Shown piece after piece: positions 23,701 through 35,700 of a stretch of 64,000 nt of DNA. Origin of the DNA: Balanoglossus misakiensis (lineage: Eukaryota > Animalia > Hemichordata). The DNA lies in assembly GCA_040954595.2 (NCBI GenBank), contig CM082590.2:1116001-1180000 (forward strand), written 5' to 3'. Made by a program: the position numbers and the translations under genes. The notes below the pieces were generated by a model. The model ran no database searches. It saw only the letters and a program-made list of their open reading frames with translations, and was not told the DNA's origin. Numbering within the stretch: the first letter of the stretch is position 1; each line of letters begins with the position of its first letter.

Positions 23701-26700
23701 GGGCCCGGGCGTCCCCACTCGCGTCTAGCAAGCGTAGTCAGTCAGGGCGGGGCCCGGGCGTCCCCACTCGCGTCTAGCAAGCGTAGTCAGTCAGGGCGGG
23801 GCCCGGGTGTCCCCACTCGCGTCTAGCAAGCGTAGTCAGTCAGGGCGGGGCCCGGGCGTCCCCACTCGCGTCTAGCAAGCGTAGTCAGTCAGGGCGGGGC
23901 CCACTCGCGTCTAGCAAGCGTAGTCAGTCAGGGCGGGGCCCGGGCGTCCCCACTTGCGTCTAGCAAGCGTAGTCAGTCAGGGCGGGGACCGGGCGTCCCC
24001 ACTCGCGTCTAGCAAGCGTAGTCAGTCAGGGCGAGGCCCGGGCGTCCCCACTCGCGTCTAGCAAGCGTAGTCAGTCAGGGCGGGGCCCGGGCGTCCCCAC
24101 TCGCGTCTAGCAAGCGTAGTCAGTCAGGGCGGGGCCCGGGCGTCCCCACTCGCGTCTAGCAAGCGTAGTCAGTCAGGGCGGGGCCCGGGCGTCCCCACTC
24201 GCGTCTAGCAAGCGTAGTCAGTCAGGGCGGGGCCAACTCGCGTCTAGCAAGCGTGGTCAGTCAGGGCGGGGCCCGGGCGTCCCCACTCGCGTCTAGCAAG
24301 CGTAGTCAGTCAGGGCGGGGCCCGGGCGTCCCCACTCGCGTCTAGCAAGCGTAGTCAGTCAGGGCGGGGCCCGGGCGTCCCCACTCGCGTCTAGCAAGCG
24401 TAGTCAGTCAGGGCGGGGCCCACTCGCGTATAGCAAGCGTAGTCAGTCAGGGCGGGGCCCGGGCGTCCCCACTCGCGTCTAGCAAGCGTAGTCAGTCAGG
24501 GCGGGGCCCACTCGCGTCTAGCAAGCGTAGTCAGTCAGGGCGGGGCCCGGGCGTCCCCACTCGCGTCTAGCAAGCGTAGTCAGTCAGGGCGGGGCCCGGG
24601 CGTCCCCACTCGCGTCTAGCAAGCGTAGTCAGTCAGGGCGGGGCCCGGGCGTCCCCACTCGCGTCTAGCAAGCGTAGTAAGTCAGGGCGGGGCCCGGGCG
24701 TCCCCACTCGCGTCTAGCAAGCGTAGTCAGTCAGGGCGGGGCCCGGGCGTCCCCACTCGCGTATAGCAAGCGTAGTCAGTCAGGGCGGGGCCCGGGCGTC
24801 CCCACTCGCGTCTAGCAAGCGTAGTCAGTCAGGGCGGGGCCCGGGCGTCCCCACTCGCGTCTAGCAAGCGTAGTCAGTCAGGGCGGGGCCCGGGCGTCCC
24901 CACTCGCGTCTAGCAAGCGTAGTCAGTCAGGGCGGGGCCCACTCGCGTCTAGCAAGCGTAGTCAGTCAGGGCGGGGCCTGGGCGTCCCCACTCGCGTCTA
25001 GCAAGCGTAGTCAGTCAGGGCGGGACCCGGGCGTCCCCACTCGCGTCTAGCAAGCGTAGTCATTCAGGGCGGGGCCCACTCGCATCTAGCAAGCGTAGTC
25101 AGTCAGGGCGGGGCCCGGGCGTCCCCACTCGCGTCTAGCAAGCGTAGTCAGTCAGGGTGGGGCCCGGGCGTCCCCACTCGCGTCTAGCAAGCGTAGTCAG
25201 TCAGGGCGGGGCCCGGGCGTCCCCACTCGCGTCTAGCAAGCGTAGTCAGTCAGGGCGGGGCCCACTCGCGTCTAGCAAGCGTAGTCAGTCAGGGCGGGGC
25301 CCGGGCGTCCCCACTCGTGTCTAGCAAGCGTAGTCAGTCAGGGCGGGGCCCACTCGCGTCTAGCAAGCGTAGTCAGTCAGGGCGGGGCCCGGGCATCCCC
25401 ACTCGTGTCTAGCAAGCGTAGTCAGTCAGGGCGGGGCCCGGGCGGGGCCCACTCGCGCCTAGCAAGCGTAGTCAGCCAGGGCGGGGCCCGGGCGTCCCCA
25501 CTCGCGTCTAGCAAGCGTAGTCAGTCAGGGCGGGGCCCGGGCGTCCCCACTCGCGTCTAGCAAGCGTAGTCAGTCAGGGCGGGGCCCGGGCGTCCCCACT
25601 CGCGTCTAGCAAGCGTAGTAAGTCAGGGCGGGGCCCGGGCGTCCCCACTCGCGTCTAGCAAGCGTAGTCAGTCAGGGCGGGGCCCGGGCGTCCCCATTCG
25701 CGTCTAGCAAGCGTAGTCAGTCAGGGCGGGGCCCGGGCGTCCCCACTCGCGTCTAGCAAGCGTAGTCAGTCAGGGCGGGGCCCGAGCGTCCCCACTCGTG
25801 TCTAGCACGCGTAGTCAGTAAGGGCGGGGCCCGGGTGTCCCCACTCGCGTCTAGCAAGCGTAGTCAGTCTGGGCGGGGCCCGGGCGTCCCCACTCGCGTC
25901 TAGCAAGCGTAGTCAGTCAGGGCGGGGCCCGGGCGTCCCCACTCGCGTCTAGCAAGCGTAGTCAGTCAGGGCGGGGCCCACTCGCGTCTAGCAAGCGTAG
26001 TCAGTCAGGGCGGGGCCCGGGCGTCCCCGCTAGCGTTTGGCAAGCGTAGTCAGTCAGGGCGAGGCCCACTCGCGTCTAGCAAGCGTAGTCAGTCAGGGCG
26101 GGGCCCGGGCGTCCCCACTCGCGTCTAGCAAGCGTAGTCAGTCAGGGCGGGGCCCACTCGCGTCTAGCAAGCGTAGTCAGTCAGGGCGGGGCCCGGGCGT
26201 CCCCACTCGCGTCTAGCAAGCGTAGTCAGTCAGGGCGGGGCCCGGGCGTCCCCACTCGCGTCTAGCAAGCGTAGTCAGTCAGGGCGGGGCCCACTCGCGT
26301 CTAGCAAGCGTAGTCAGTCAGGGCGGGGCCCGGGCGTCCCCACTCGCGTCTAGCAAGCGTAGTCAGTCAGGGCGGGGCCCGGGCGTCCCCACTCGCGTCT
26401 AGCAAGCGTAGTCAGTCAGGGCGGGGCCCGGGCGTCCCCACTCGCGTCTAGCAAGCGTAGTAAGTCAGGGCGGGGCCCACTCGCGTCTAGCAAGCGTAGT
26501 CAGTCAGGGCGGGGCCCGGGCGTCCCCACTCGCGTCTAGCAAGCGTAGTCAGTCAGGGCGGGGCCCACTCGCGTCTAGCAAGCGTAGTCAGTCAGGGCGG
26601 GGCCCGGGCGTCCCCACTCGCGTCTAGCAAGCGTAGTCAGTCAGGGCGGGGCCCGGGCGTCCCCACTCGCGTCTAGCAAGCGTAGTAAGTCAGGGCGGGG

Positions 26701-29700
26701 CCCACTCGCGTCTAGCAAGCATAGTCAGTCAGGGCGGGGCCCGGGCGTCCCCACTCGTGTCTAGCAAGCGTAGTCAGTCAGGGCGGGGCCCGGGCGTCCC
26801 CACTCGCGTCTAGCAAGCGTATTCAGTCAGGGCGGGGCCCGGGCGTCCCCACTCGCGTCTAGCAAGCGTAGTCAGTCAGGGCGGGGCCCACTCGCGTCTA
26901 GCAAGAGTAGTCAGTCAGGGCGGGGCCCGGGCGTCCAACACTCGCGTCTAGCAAGCGTAGTCAGTCAGGGCGGGGCCCGGGCGTCCCCACTCGCGTCTAG
27001 CAAGCGTAGTCAGTCAGGGCGGGGCCCGGGCGTCCCCACTCGCGTCTAGCAAGCGTAGTAAGTCAGGGCGGGGCCCACTGGCGTCTAGCAAGCGTAGTCA
27101 GTCAGGACGGGGCCCGGGCGTCCCCACTCGTGTCTAGCAAGCGTAGTCAGTCAGGGCGGGGCCCACTCGCGTCTAGCAAGCGTAGTCAGTCAGGGCGGGG
27201 CCCGGGCGTCCCCACTCGCGTCTAGCAAGCGTAGTCAGTCAGGGCGGGGCCCACTCGCGTCTAGCAAGCGTAGTCAGTCAGGGCGGGGCCCGGGCGTCCC
27301 CACTCGCGTCTAGCAAGCGTAGTCAGTCAGGGCGGGGTCCGGGCGTCCCCACTCGCGTCTAGCAAGCGTAGTCAGTCAGGGCGGGGCCCGGGCGTCCCCA
27401 CTCCCGTATAGCAAGCGTAGTCAGTCAGGGCGGGGCCCAGGCGTCCCCACTCGCGTCACACAAGCGTAGTCAGTCAGGGCGGGGCCCACTCGCGTCTAGC
27501 AAGCGTAGTCAGTCAGGGCGGGGCCCGGGCGTCCCCACTCGCGTCTAGCAAGCGTAGTCAGTCAGGGCGGGGCCCGGGCGTCCCCACTCGCGTCTAGCAA
27601 GCGTAGTCAGTCAGGGCGGGGCCCGGGCGTCCCCACTCGCGTCTAGCAAGCGTAGTAAGTCAGGGCGGGGCCCACTCGCGTCTAGCAAGCGTAGTCAGTC
27701 AGGACGGGGCCCGGGCGTCCCCACTCGTGTCTAGCAAGCGTAGTCAGTCAGGGCGGGGCCCACTCGCGTCTAGCAAGCGTAGTCAGTCAGGGCGGGGCCC
27801 GGGCGTCCCCACTCGCGTCTAGCAAGCGTAGTCAGTCAGGGCGGGGCCCACTCGCGTCTAGCAAGCGTAGTCAGTCAGGGCGGGGCCCGGGCGTCCCCAC
27901 TCGCGTCTAGCAAGCGTAGTCAGTCAGGGCGGGGTCCGGGCGTCCCCACTCGCGTCTAGCAAGCGTAGTCAGTCAGGGCGGGGCCCGGGCGTCCCCACTC
28001 CCGTATAGCAAGCGTAGTCAGTCAGGGCGGGGCCCAGGCGTCCCCACTCGCGTCACACAAGCGTAGTCAGTCAGGGCGGGGCCCACTCGCGTCTAGCAAG
28101 CGTAGTCAGTCAGGGCGGGGCCCGGGCGTCCCCACTCGCGTCTAGCAAGCGTAGTCAGTCAGGGCGGGGCCCGGGCGTCCCCACTCGCGTCTAGCAAGCG
28201 TAGTCAGTCAGGGCGGGGCCCGGGCGTCCCCACTCGCGTCTAGCAAGCGTAGTCAGTCAGGGCGGGGCCCACTCGCGTCTAGCAAGCGTAGTCAGTCAGG
28301 GCGGGGCCCGGGCGTCCCCACTCGCGTCTAGCAGGCGTAGTCAGTCAGGGCGGGGCCCGGGCGTCCCCACTCGCGTCTAGCAAGCTTAGTCAGTCAGGGC
28401 GGGGCCCGGGCGTCCCCACTCGCGTCTAGCAAGCGTAGTCAGTCAGGGCGGGGCCCACTCGCGTCTAGCAAGCGTAGTCAGTCAGGGCGGGGCCCGGGCG
28501 TCCCCACTCGCGTCTAGCAAGCGTAGTCAGTCAGGGCGGGGCCCGGGCGTCCCCACTCGCGTCTAGCAAGCGTAGTAAGTCAGGGCGGGGCCCACTCGCG
28601 TCTAGCAAGCATAGTCAGTCAGGGCGGGGCCCGGGCATCCCCACTCGTGTCTAGCAAGCGTAGTCAGTCAGGGCGGGGCCCGGGCGTCCCCACTCGCGTC
28701 TAGCAAGCGTAGTCAGTCAGGGCGGGGCCCGGGCGTCCCCATTCGCGTCTAGCAAGCGTAGTCAGTCAGGGCGGGGCCCACTCGCGTCTAGCAAGCGTAG
28801 TCAGTCAGGGCGGGGCCCGGGCGTCCCCACTCGCGTCTAGCAAGCGTAGTCAGTCAGGGCGGGGCCCGGGCGTCCCCACTCGCGTCTAGCAAGCGTAGTC
28901 AGTCAGGGCGGGGCCTGGGCGTCCCCACTCGCGTCTAGCAAGCGTAGTCAGTCAGGGCGGGGCCTGGGCGTCCCCACTCGCGTATAGCAAGCGTAGTCAG
29001 TCAGGGCTGGGCCTGGGCGTCCCCACTAGCGTATAGCAAGCGTAGTCAGTCAGGGCGGGGCCCGGGCGTCCCTACTCGCGTCTAGCAAGTGTAGTCAGTC
29101 AGGGCGGGGCCCACTCGCGTCTAGCAAGCGTAGTCAGTCAGGGCGGGGCCCGGGCGTCCCCACTCGCGTCTAGCAAGCGTAGTCAGTCAGGGCGGGGCCC
29201 GGGCGTCCCCACTCGTGTCTAGCAAGCGTAGTCAGTCAGGGCGAGGCCCGGGCGTCCCCACTCGCGTCTAGCAAGCGTAGTCAGTCAGGGCGGGGCCCGG
29301 GCGTCCCCACTCGTGTCTAGCAAGCGTAGTCAGTCAGGGCGGGGCCCGGGCGTCCCCACTCGCGTCTAGCAAGCGTAGTCAGTCAGGGCGGGGCCCACTC
29401 GCGTCTAGCAAGCGTAGTCAGTCAGGGCGGGGCCCGGGCGTCCCCACTCGCGTCTAGCAAGCGTAGTCAGTCAGGGCGGGGCCCGGGCGTCCCCACTCGC
29501 GTCTAGCAAGCGTAGTCAGTCAGGGCGGGGCCCACTCGCGTCTAGCAAGCGTAGTCAGTCAGGGCGGGGCCCGGGCGTCCCCACTCGCGTCTAGCAAGCG
29601 TAGTCAGTCAGGGCGGGGCCCGGGCGTCCCCACTCGCGTCTAGCAAGCGTAGTCAGTCAGGGCGGGGCCCACTCGCGTCTAGCAAGCGTAGTCAGTCAGG

Positions 29701-32700
29701 GCGGGGCGTCCCCACTCGCGTCTAGCAAGCGTAGTCAGTCAGGGCGGGGCCCGGGCGTCCCCACTCGCGTCTAGCAAGCGTAGTCAGTCAGGGCGGGGCC
29801 CACTCGCGTCTAGCAAGCGTAGTCAGTCAGGGCGGGGCCCGGGCGTCCCCACTCGCGTCTAGCAAGCGTAGTCAGTCAGGGCGGGGCCCGGGCGTCCCCA
29901 CTCGCGTCTAGCAAGCGTAGTCAGTCAGGGCGGGGCCCGGGCGTCCCCACTTGCGTCTAGCAAGCGTAGTCAGTCAGGGCGGGGCCCACTCGCGTCTAGC
30001 AAGCGTAGTCAGTCAGGGCGGGGCCCGGGCGTCCCCACTCGCGTCTAGCAAGCGTAGTCAGTCAGGGCGGGGCCCGGGCGTCCCCACTCGCGTCTAGCAA
30101 GCGTAGTCAGTCAGGGCGGGGCCCGGGCGTCCCCACTCGCGTCTTGCAAGCGTAGTCAGTCAGGGCGGGGCCCGGGCGTCCCCACTCGCGTCTAGCAAGC
30201 GTAGTCAGTCAGGGCGGGGCCCGGGCGTCCCCACTCGCGTCTAGCAAGCGTAGTCAGTCAGGGCGGGGCCCGGGCGTCCCCACTCGCGTTTAGCAAGCGT
30301 AGTCAGTCAGGGCGGGGCCCACTCGTGTCTAGCAAGCGTAGTCAGTCAGGGCGGGGCCCGGGCGTCCCCACTCGCGTCTAGCAAGCGTAGTCAGTCAGGG
30401 CGGGGCCCGGGCGTCCCCACTCGTGTCTAGCAAGCGTAGTCAGTCAGGGCGGGGCCCGGGCGTCCCCACTCGCGTCTAGCAAGCGTAGTCAGTCAGGGCG
30501 GGGCCCACTCGCGTCTAGCAAGCGTAGTCAGTCAGGGCGGGGCCCGGGCGTCCCCACTCGCGTCTAGCAAGCGTAGTAAGTCAGGGCGGGGCCCACTCGC
30601 GTCTAGCAAGCGTAGTCAGTCAGGGCGGGGCCCGGGCGTCCCCACTCGCGTCTAGCAAGCGTAGTCAGTCAGGGCGGGGCCCGGGCGTCCCCACTCGCGT
30701 CTAGCAAGCGTAGTAAGTCAGGGCGGGGCCCACTCGCGTCTAGCAAGCATAGTCAGTCAGGGCGGGGCCCGGGCGTCCCCACTCGTGTCTAGCAAGCGTA
30801 GTCAGTCAGGGCGGGTCCCGGGCGTCCCCACTCGCGTCTAGCAAGCGTAGTCAGTCAGGGCGGGGCCCGGGCGTCCCCACTCGCGTCTAGCAAGCGTAGT
30901 CAGTCAGGGCGGGGCCCACTCGCGTCTAGCAAGCGTAGTCAGTCAGGGCGGGGCCCGGGCGTCCCCACTCGCGTCTAGCAAGCGTAGTCAGTCAGGGCGG
31001 GGCCCGGGCGTCCCCACTCGCGTCTAGCAAGCGTAGTCAGTCAGGGCGGGGCCCGGGCGTCCCCACTCGCGTCTAGCAAGCGTAGTAAGTCAGGGCGGGG
31101 CCCACTCGCGTCTAGCAAGCGTAGTCAGTCAGGGCGGGGCCCGGGCGTCCCCACTCGCGTCTAGCAAGCGTAGTCAGTCAGGGCGGGGCCCACTCGCGTC
31201 TAGCAAGCGTAGTCAGTCAGGGCGGGGCCCGGGCGTCCCCACTCGCGTCTAGCAAGCGTAGTCAGTCAGGGCGGGGCCCGGGCGTCCCCACTCGCGTCTA
31301 GCAAGCGTAGTAAGTCAGGGCGGGGCCCACTCGCGTCTAGCAAGCATAGTCAGTCAGGGCGGGGCCCGGGCGTCCCCACTCGTGTCTAGCAAGCGTAGTC
31401 AGTCAGGGCGGGGCCCGGGCGTCCCCACTCGCGTCTAGCAAGCGTATTCAGTCAGGGCGGGGCCCGGGCGTCCCCACTCGCGTCTAGCAAGCGTAGTCAG
31501 TCAGGGCGGGGCCCACTCGCGTCTAGCAAGAGTAGTCAGTCAGGGCGGGGCCCGGGCGTCCAACACTCGCGTCTAGCAAGCGTAGTCAGTCAGGGCGGGG
31601 CCCGGGCGTCCCCACTCGCGTCTAGCAAGCGTAGTCAGTCAGGGCGGGGCCCGGGCGTCCCCACTCGCGTCTAGCAAGCGTAGTAAGTCAGGGCGGGGCC
31701 CACTCGCGTCTAGCAAGCGTAGTCAGTCAGGACGGGGCCCGGGCGTCCCCACTCGTGTCTAGCAAGCGTAGTCAGTCAGGGCGGGGCCCACTCGCGTCTA
31801 GCAAGCGTAGTCAGTCAGGGCGGGGCCCGGGCGTCCCCACTCGCGTCTAGCAAGCGTAGTCAGTCAGGGCGGGGCCCACTCGCGTCTAGCAAGCGTAGTC
31901 AGTCAGGGCGGGGCCCGGGCGTCCCCACTCGCGTCTAGCAAGCGTAGTCAGTCAGGGCGGGGTCCGGGCGTCCCCACTCGCGTCTAGCAAGCGTAGTCAG
32001 TCAGGGCGGGGCCCGGGCGTCCCCACTCCCGTATAGCAAGCGTAGTCAGTCAGGGCGGGGCCCAGGCGTCCCCACTCGCGTCACACAAGCGTAGTCAGTC
32101 AGGGCGGGGCCCACTCGCGTCTAGCAAGCGTAGTCAGTCAGGGCGGGGCCCGGGCGTCCCCACTCGCGTCTAGCAAGCGTAGTCAGTCAGGGCGGGGCCC
32201 GGGCGTCCCCACTCGCATCTAGCAAGCGTAGTCAGTCAGGGCGGGGCCCGGGCGTCCCCACTCGCGTCTAGCAAGCGTAGTAAGTCAGGGCGGGGCCCAC
32301 TCGCGTCTAGCAAGCGTAGTCAGTCAGGACGGGGCCCGGGCGTCCCCACTCGTGTCTAGCAAGCGTAGTCAGTCAGGGCGGGGCCCACTCGCGTCTAGCA
32401 AGCGTAGTCAGTCAGGGCGGGGCCCGGGCGTCCCCACTCGCGTCTAGCAAGCGTAGTCAGTCAGGGCGGGGCCCACTCGCGTCTAGCAAGCGTAGTCAGT
32501 CAGGGCGGGGCCCGGGCGTCCCCACTCGCGTCTAGCAAGCGTAGTCAGTCAGGGCGGGGTCCGGGCGTCCCCACTCACGTCTAGCAAGCGTAGTCAGTCA
32601 GGGCGGGGCCCGGGCGTCCCCACTCCCGTATAGCAAGCGTAGTCAGTCAGGGCGGGGCCCAGGCGTCCCCACTCGCGTCACACAAGCGTAGTCAGTCAGG

Positions 32701-35700
32701 GCGGGGCCCACTCGCGTCTAGCAAGCGTAGTCAGTCAGGGCGGGGCCCGGGCGTCCCCACTCGCGTCTAGCAAGCGTAGTCAGTCAGGGCGGGGCCCGGG
32801 CGTCCCCACTCGCGTCTAGCAAGCGTAGTCAGTCAGGGCGGGGCCCGGGCGTCCCCACTCGCGTCTAGCAAGCGTAGTCAGTCAGGGCGGGGCCCACTCG
32901 CGTCTAGCAAGCGTAGTCAGTCAGGGCGGGGCCCGGGCGTCCCCACTCGCGTCTAGCAGGCGTAGTCAGTCAGGGCGGGGCCCGGGCGTCCCCACTCGCG
33001 TCTAGCAAGCTTAGTCAGTCAGGGCGGGGCCCGGGCGTCCCCACTCGCGTCTAGCAAGCGTAGTCAGTCAGGGCGGGGCCCACTCGCGTCTAGCAAGCGT
33101 AGTCAGTCAGGGCGGGGCCCGGGCGTCCCCACTCGCGTCTAGCAAGCGTAGTCAGTCAGGGCGGGGCCCGGGCGTCCCCACTCGCGTCTAGCAAGCGTAG
33201 TAAGTCAGGGCGGGGCCCACTCGCGTCTAGCAAGCATAGTCAGTCAGGGCGGGGCCCGGGCATCCCCACTCGTGTCTAGCAAGCGTAGTCAGTCAGGGCG
33301 GGGCCCGGGCGTCCCCACTCGCGTCTAGCAAGCGTAGTCAGTCAGGGCGGGGCCCGGGCGTCCCCATTCGCGTCTAGCAAGCGTAGTCAGTCAGGGCGGG
33401 GCCCACTCGCGTCTAGCAAGCGTAGTCAGTCAGGGCGGGGCCCGGGCGTCCCCACTCGCGTCTAGCAAGCGTAGTCAGTCAGGGCGGGGCCCGGGCGTCC
33501 CCACTCGCGTCTAGCAAGCGTAGTCAGTCAGGGCGGGGCCTGGGCGTCCCCACTCGCGTCTAGCAAGCGTAGTCAGTCAGGGCGGGGCCTGGGCGTCCCC
33601 ACTCGCGTATAGCAAGCGTAGTCAGTCAGGGCTGGGCCTGGGCGTCCCCACTAGCGTATAGCAAGCGTAGTCAGTCAGGGCGGGGCCCGGGCGTCCCTAC
33701 TCGCGTCTAGCAAGTGTAGTCAGTCAGGGCGGGGCCCACTCGCGTCTAGCAAGCGTAGTCAGTCAGGGCGGGGCCCGGGCGTCCCCACTCGCGTCTAGCA
33801 AGCGTAGTCAGTCAGGGCGGGGCCCGGGCGTCCCCACTCGTGTCTAGCAAGCGTAGTCAGTCAGGGCGAGGCCCGGGCGTCCCCACTCGCGTCTAGCAAG
33901 CGTAGTCAGTCAGGGCGGGGCCCGGGCGTCCCCACTCGTGTCTAGCAAGTGTAGTCAGTCAGGGCGGGGCCCGGGCGTCCCCACTCGCGTCTAGCAAGCG
34001 TAGTCAGTCAGGGCGGGGCCCACTCGCGTCTAGCAAGCGTAGTCAGTCAGGGCGGGGCCCGGGCGTCCCCACTCGCGTCTAGCAAGCGTAGTCAGTCAGG
34101 GCGGGGCCCGGGCGTCCCCACTCGCGTCTAGCAAGCGTAGTCAGTCAGGGCGGGGCCCACTCGCGTCTAGCAAGCGTAGTCAGTCAGGGCGGGGCCCGGG
34201 CGTCCCCACTCGCGTCTAGCAAGCGTAGTCAGTCAGGGCGGGGCCCGGGCGTCCCCACTCGCGTCTAGCAAGCGTAGTCAGTCAGGGCGGGGCCCACTCG
34301 CGTCTAGCAAGCGTAGTCAGTCAGGGCGGGGCGTCCCCACTCGCGTCTAGCAAGCGTAGTCAGTCAGGGCGGGGCCCGGGCGTCCCCACTCGCGTCTAGC
34401 AAGCGTAGTCAGTCAGGGCGGGGCCCGGGCGTCCCCACTCGCGTCTAGCAAGCGTAGTCAGTCAGGGCGGGGCCCGGGCGTCCCCACTCGCGTCTAGCAA
34501 GCGTAGTCAGTCAGGGCGGGGCCCACTCGCGTCTAGCAAGCGTAGTCAGTCAGGGCGGGGCCCGGGCGTCCCCACTCGCGTCTAGCAAGCGTAGTCAGTC
34601 AGGGCGGGGCCCGGGCGTCCCCACTCGCGTCTAGCAAGCGTAGTCAGTCAGGGCGGGGCCCGGGCGTCCCCACTTGCGTCTAGCAAGCGTAGTCAGTCAG
34701 GGCGGGGCCCACTCGCGTCTAGCAAGCGTAGTCAGTCAGGGCGGGGCCCGGGCGTCCCCACTCGCGTCTAGCAAGCGTAGTCAGTCAGGGCGGGGCCCGG
34801 GCGTCCCCACTCGCGTCTAGCAAGCGTAGTCAGTCAGGGCGGGGCCCGGGCGTCCCCACTCGCGTCTTGCAAGCGTAGTCAGTCAGGGCGGGGCCCGGGC
34901 GTCCCCACTCGCGTCTAGCAAGCGTAGTCAGTCAGGGCGGGGCCCGGGCGTCCCCACTCGCGTCTAGCAAGCGTAGTCAGTCAGGGCGGGGCCCGGGCGT
35001 CCCCACTCGCGTTTAGCAAGCGTAGTCAGTCAGGGCGGGGCCCACTCGTGTCTAGCAAGCGTAGTCAGTCAGGGCGGGGCCCGGGCGTCCCCACTCGCGT
35101 CTAGCAAGCGTAGTCAGTCAGGGCGGGGCCCGGGCGTCCCCACTCGTGTCTAGCAAGCGTAGTCAGTCAGGGCGGGGCCCGGGCGTCCCCACTCGCGTCT
35201 AGCAAGCGTAGTCAGTCAGGGCGGGGCCCACTCGCGTCTAGCAAGCGTAGTCAGTCAGGGCGGGGCCTGGGCGTCCCCACTCGCGTCTAGCAAGCGTAGT
35301 CAGTCAGGGCGGGGCCCGGGCGTCCCCACTCGCGTCTAGCAAGCGTAGTCAGTCAGGGCGGGGCCCACTCGCGTCTAGCAAGCGTAGTCAGTCAGGGCGG
35401 GGCCCGGGCGTCCCCACTCGCGTCTAGCAAGCGTAGTCAGTCAGGGCGGGGCCCGGGCGTCCCCACTCGCGTCTAGCAAGCGTAGTCAGTCAGGGCGGGG
35501 CCCACTCGCGTCTAGCAAGCGTAGTCAGTCAGGGCGGGGCGTCCCCACTCGCGTCTAGCAAGCATAGTCAGTCAGGGCGGGGCCCGGGCGTCCCCACTCG
35601 CGTCTAGCAAGCGTAGTCAGTCAGGGCGGGGCCCGGGCGTCCCCACTCGCGTCTAGCAAGCATAGTCAGTCAGGGCGGGGCCCGGGCGTCCCCACTCGCG

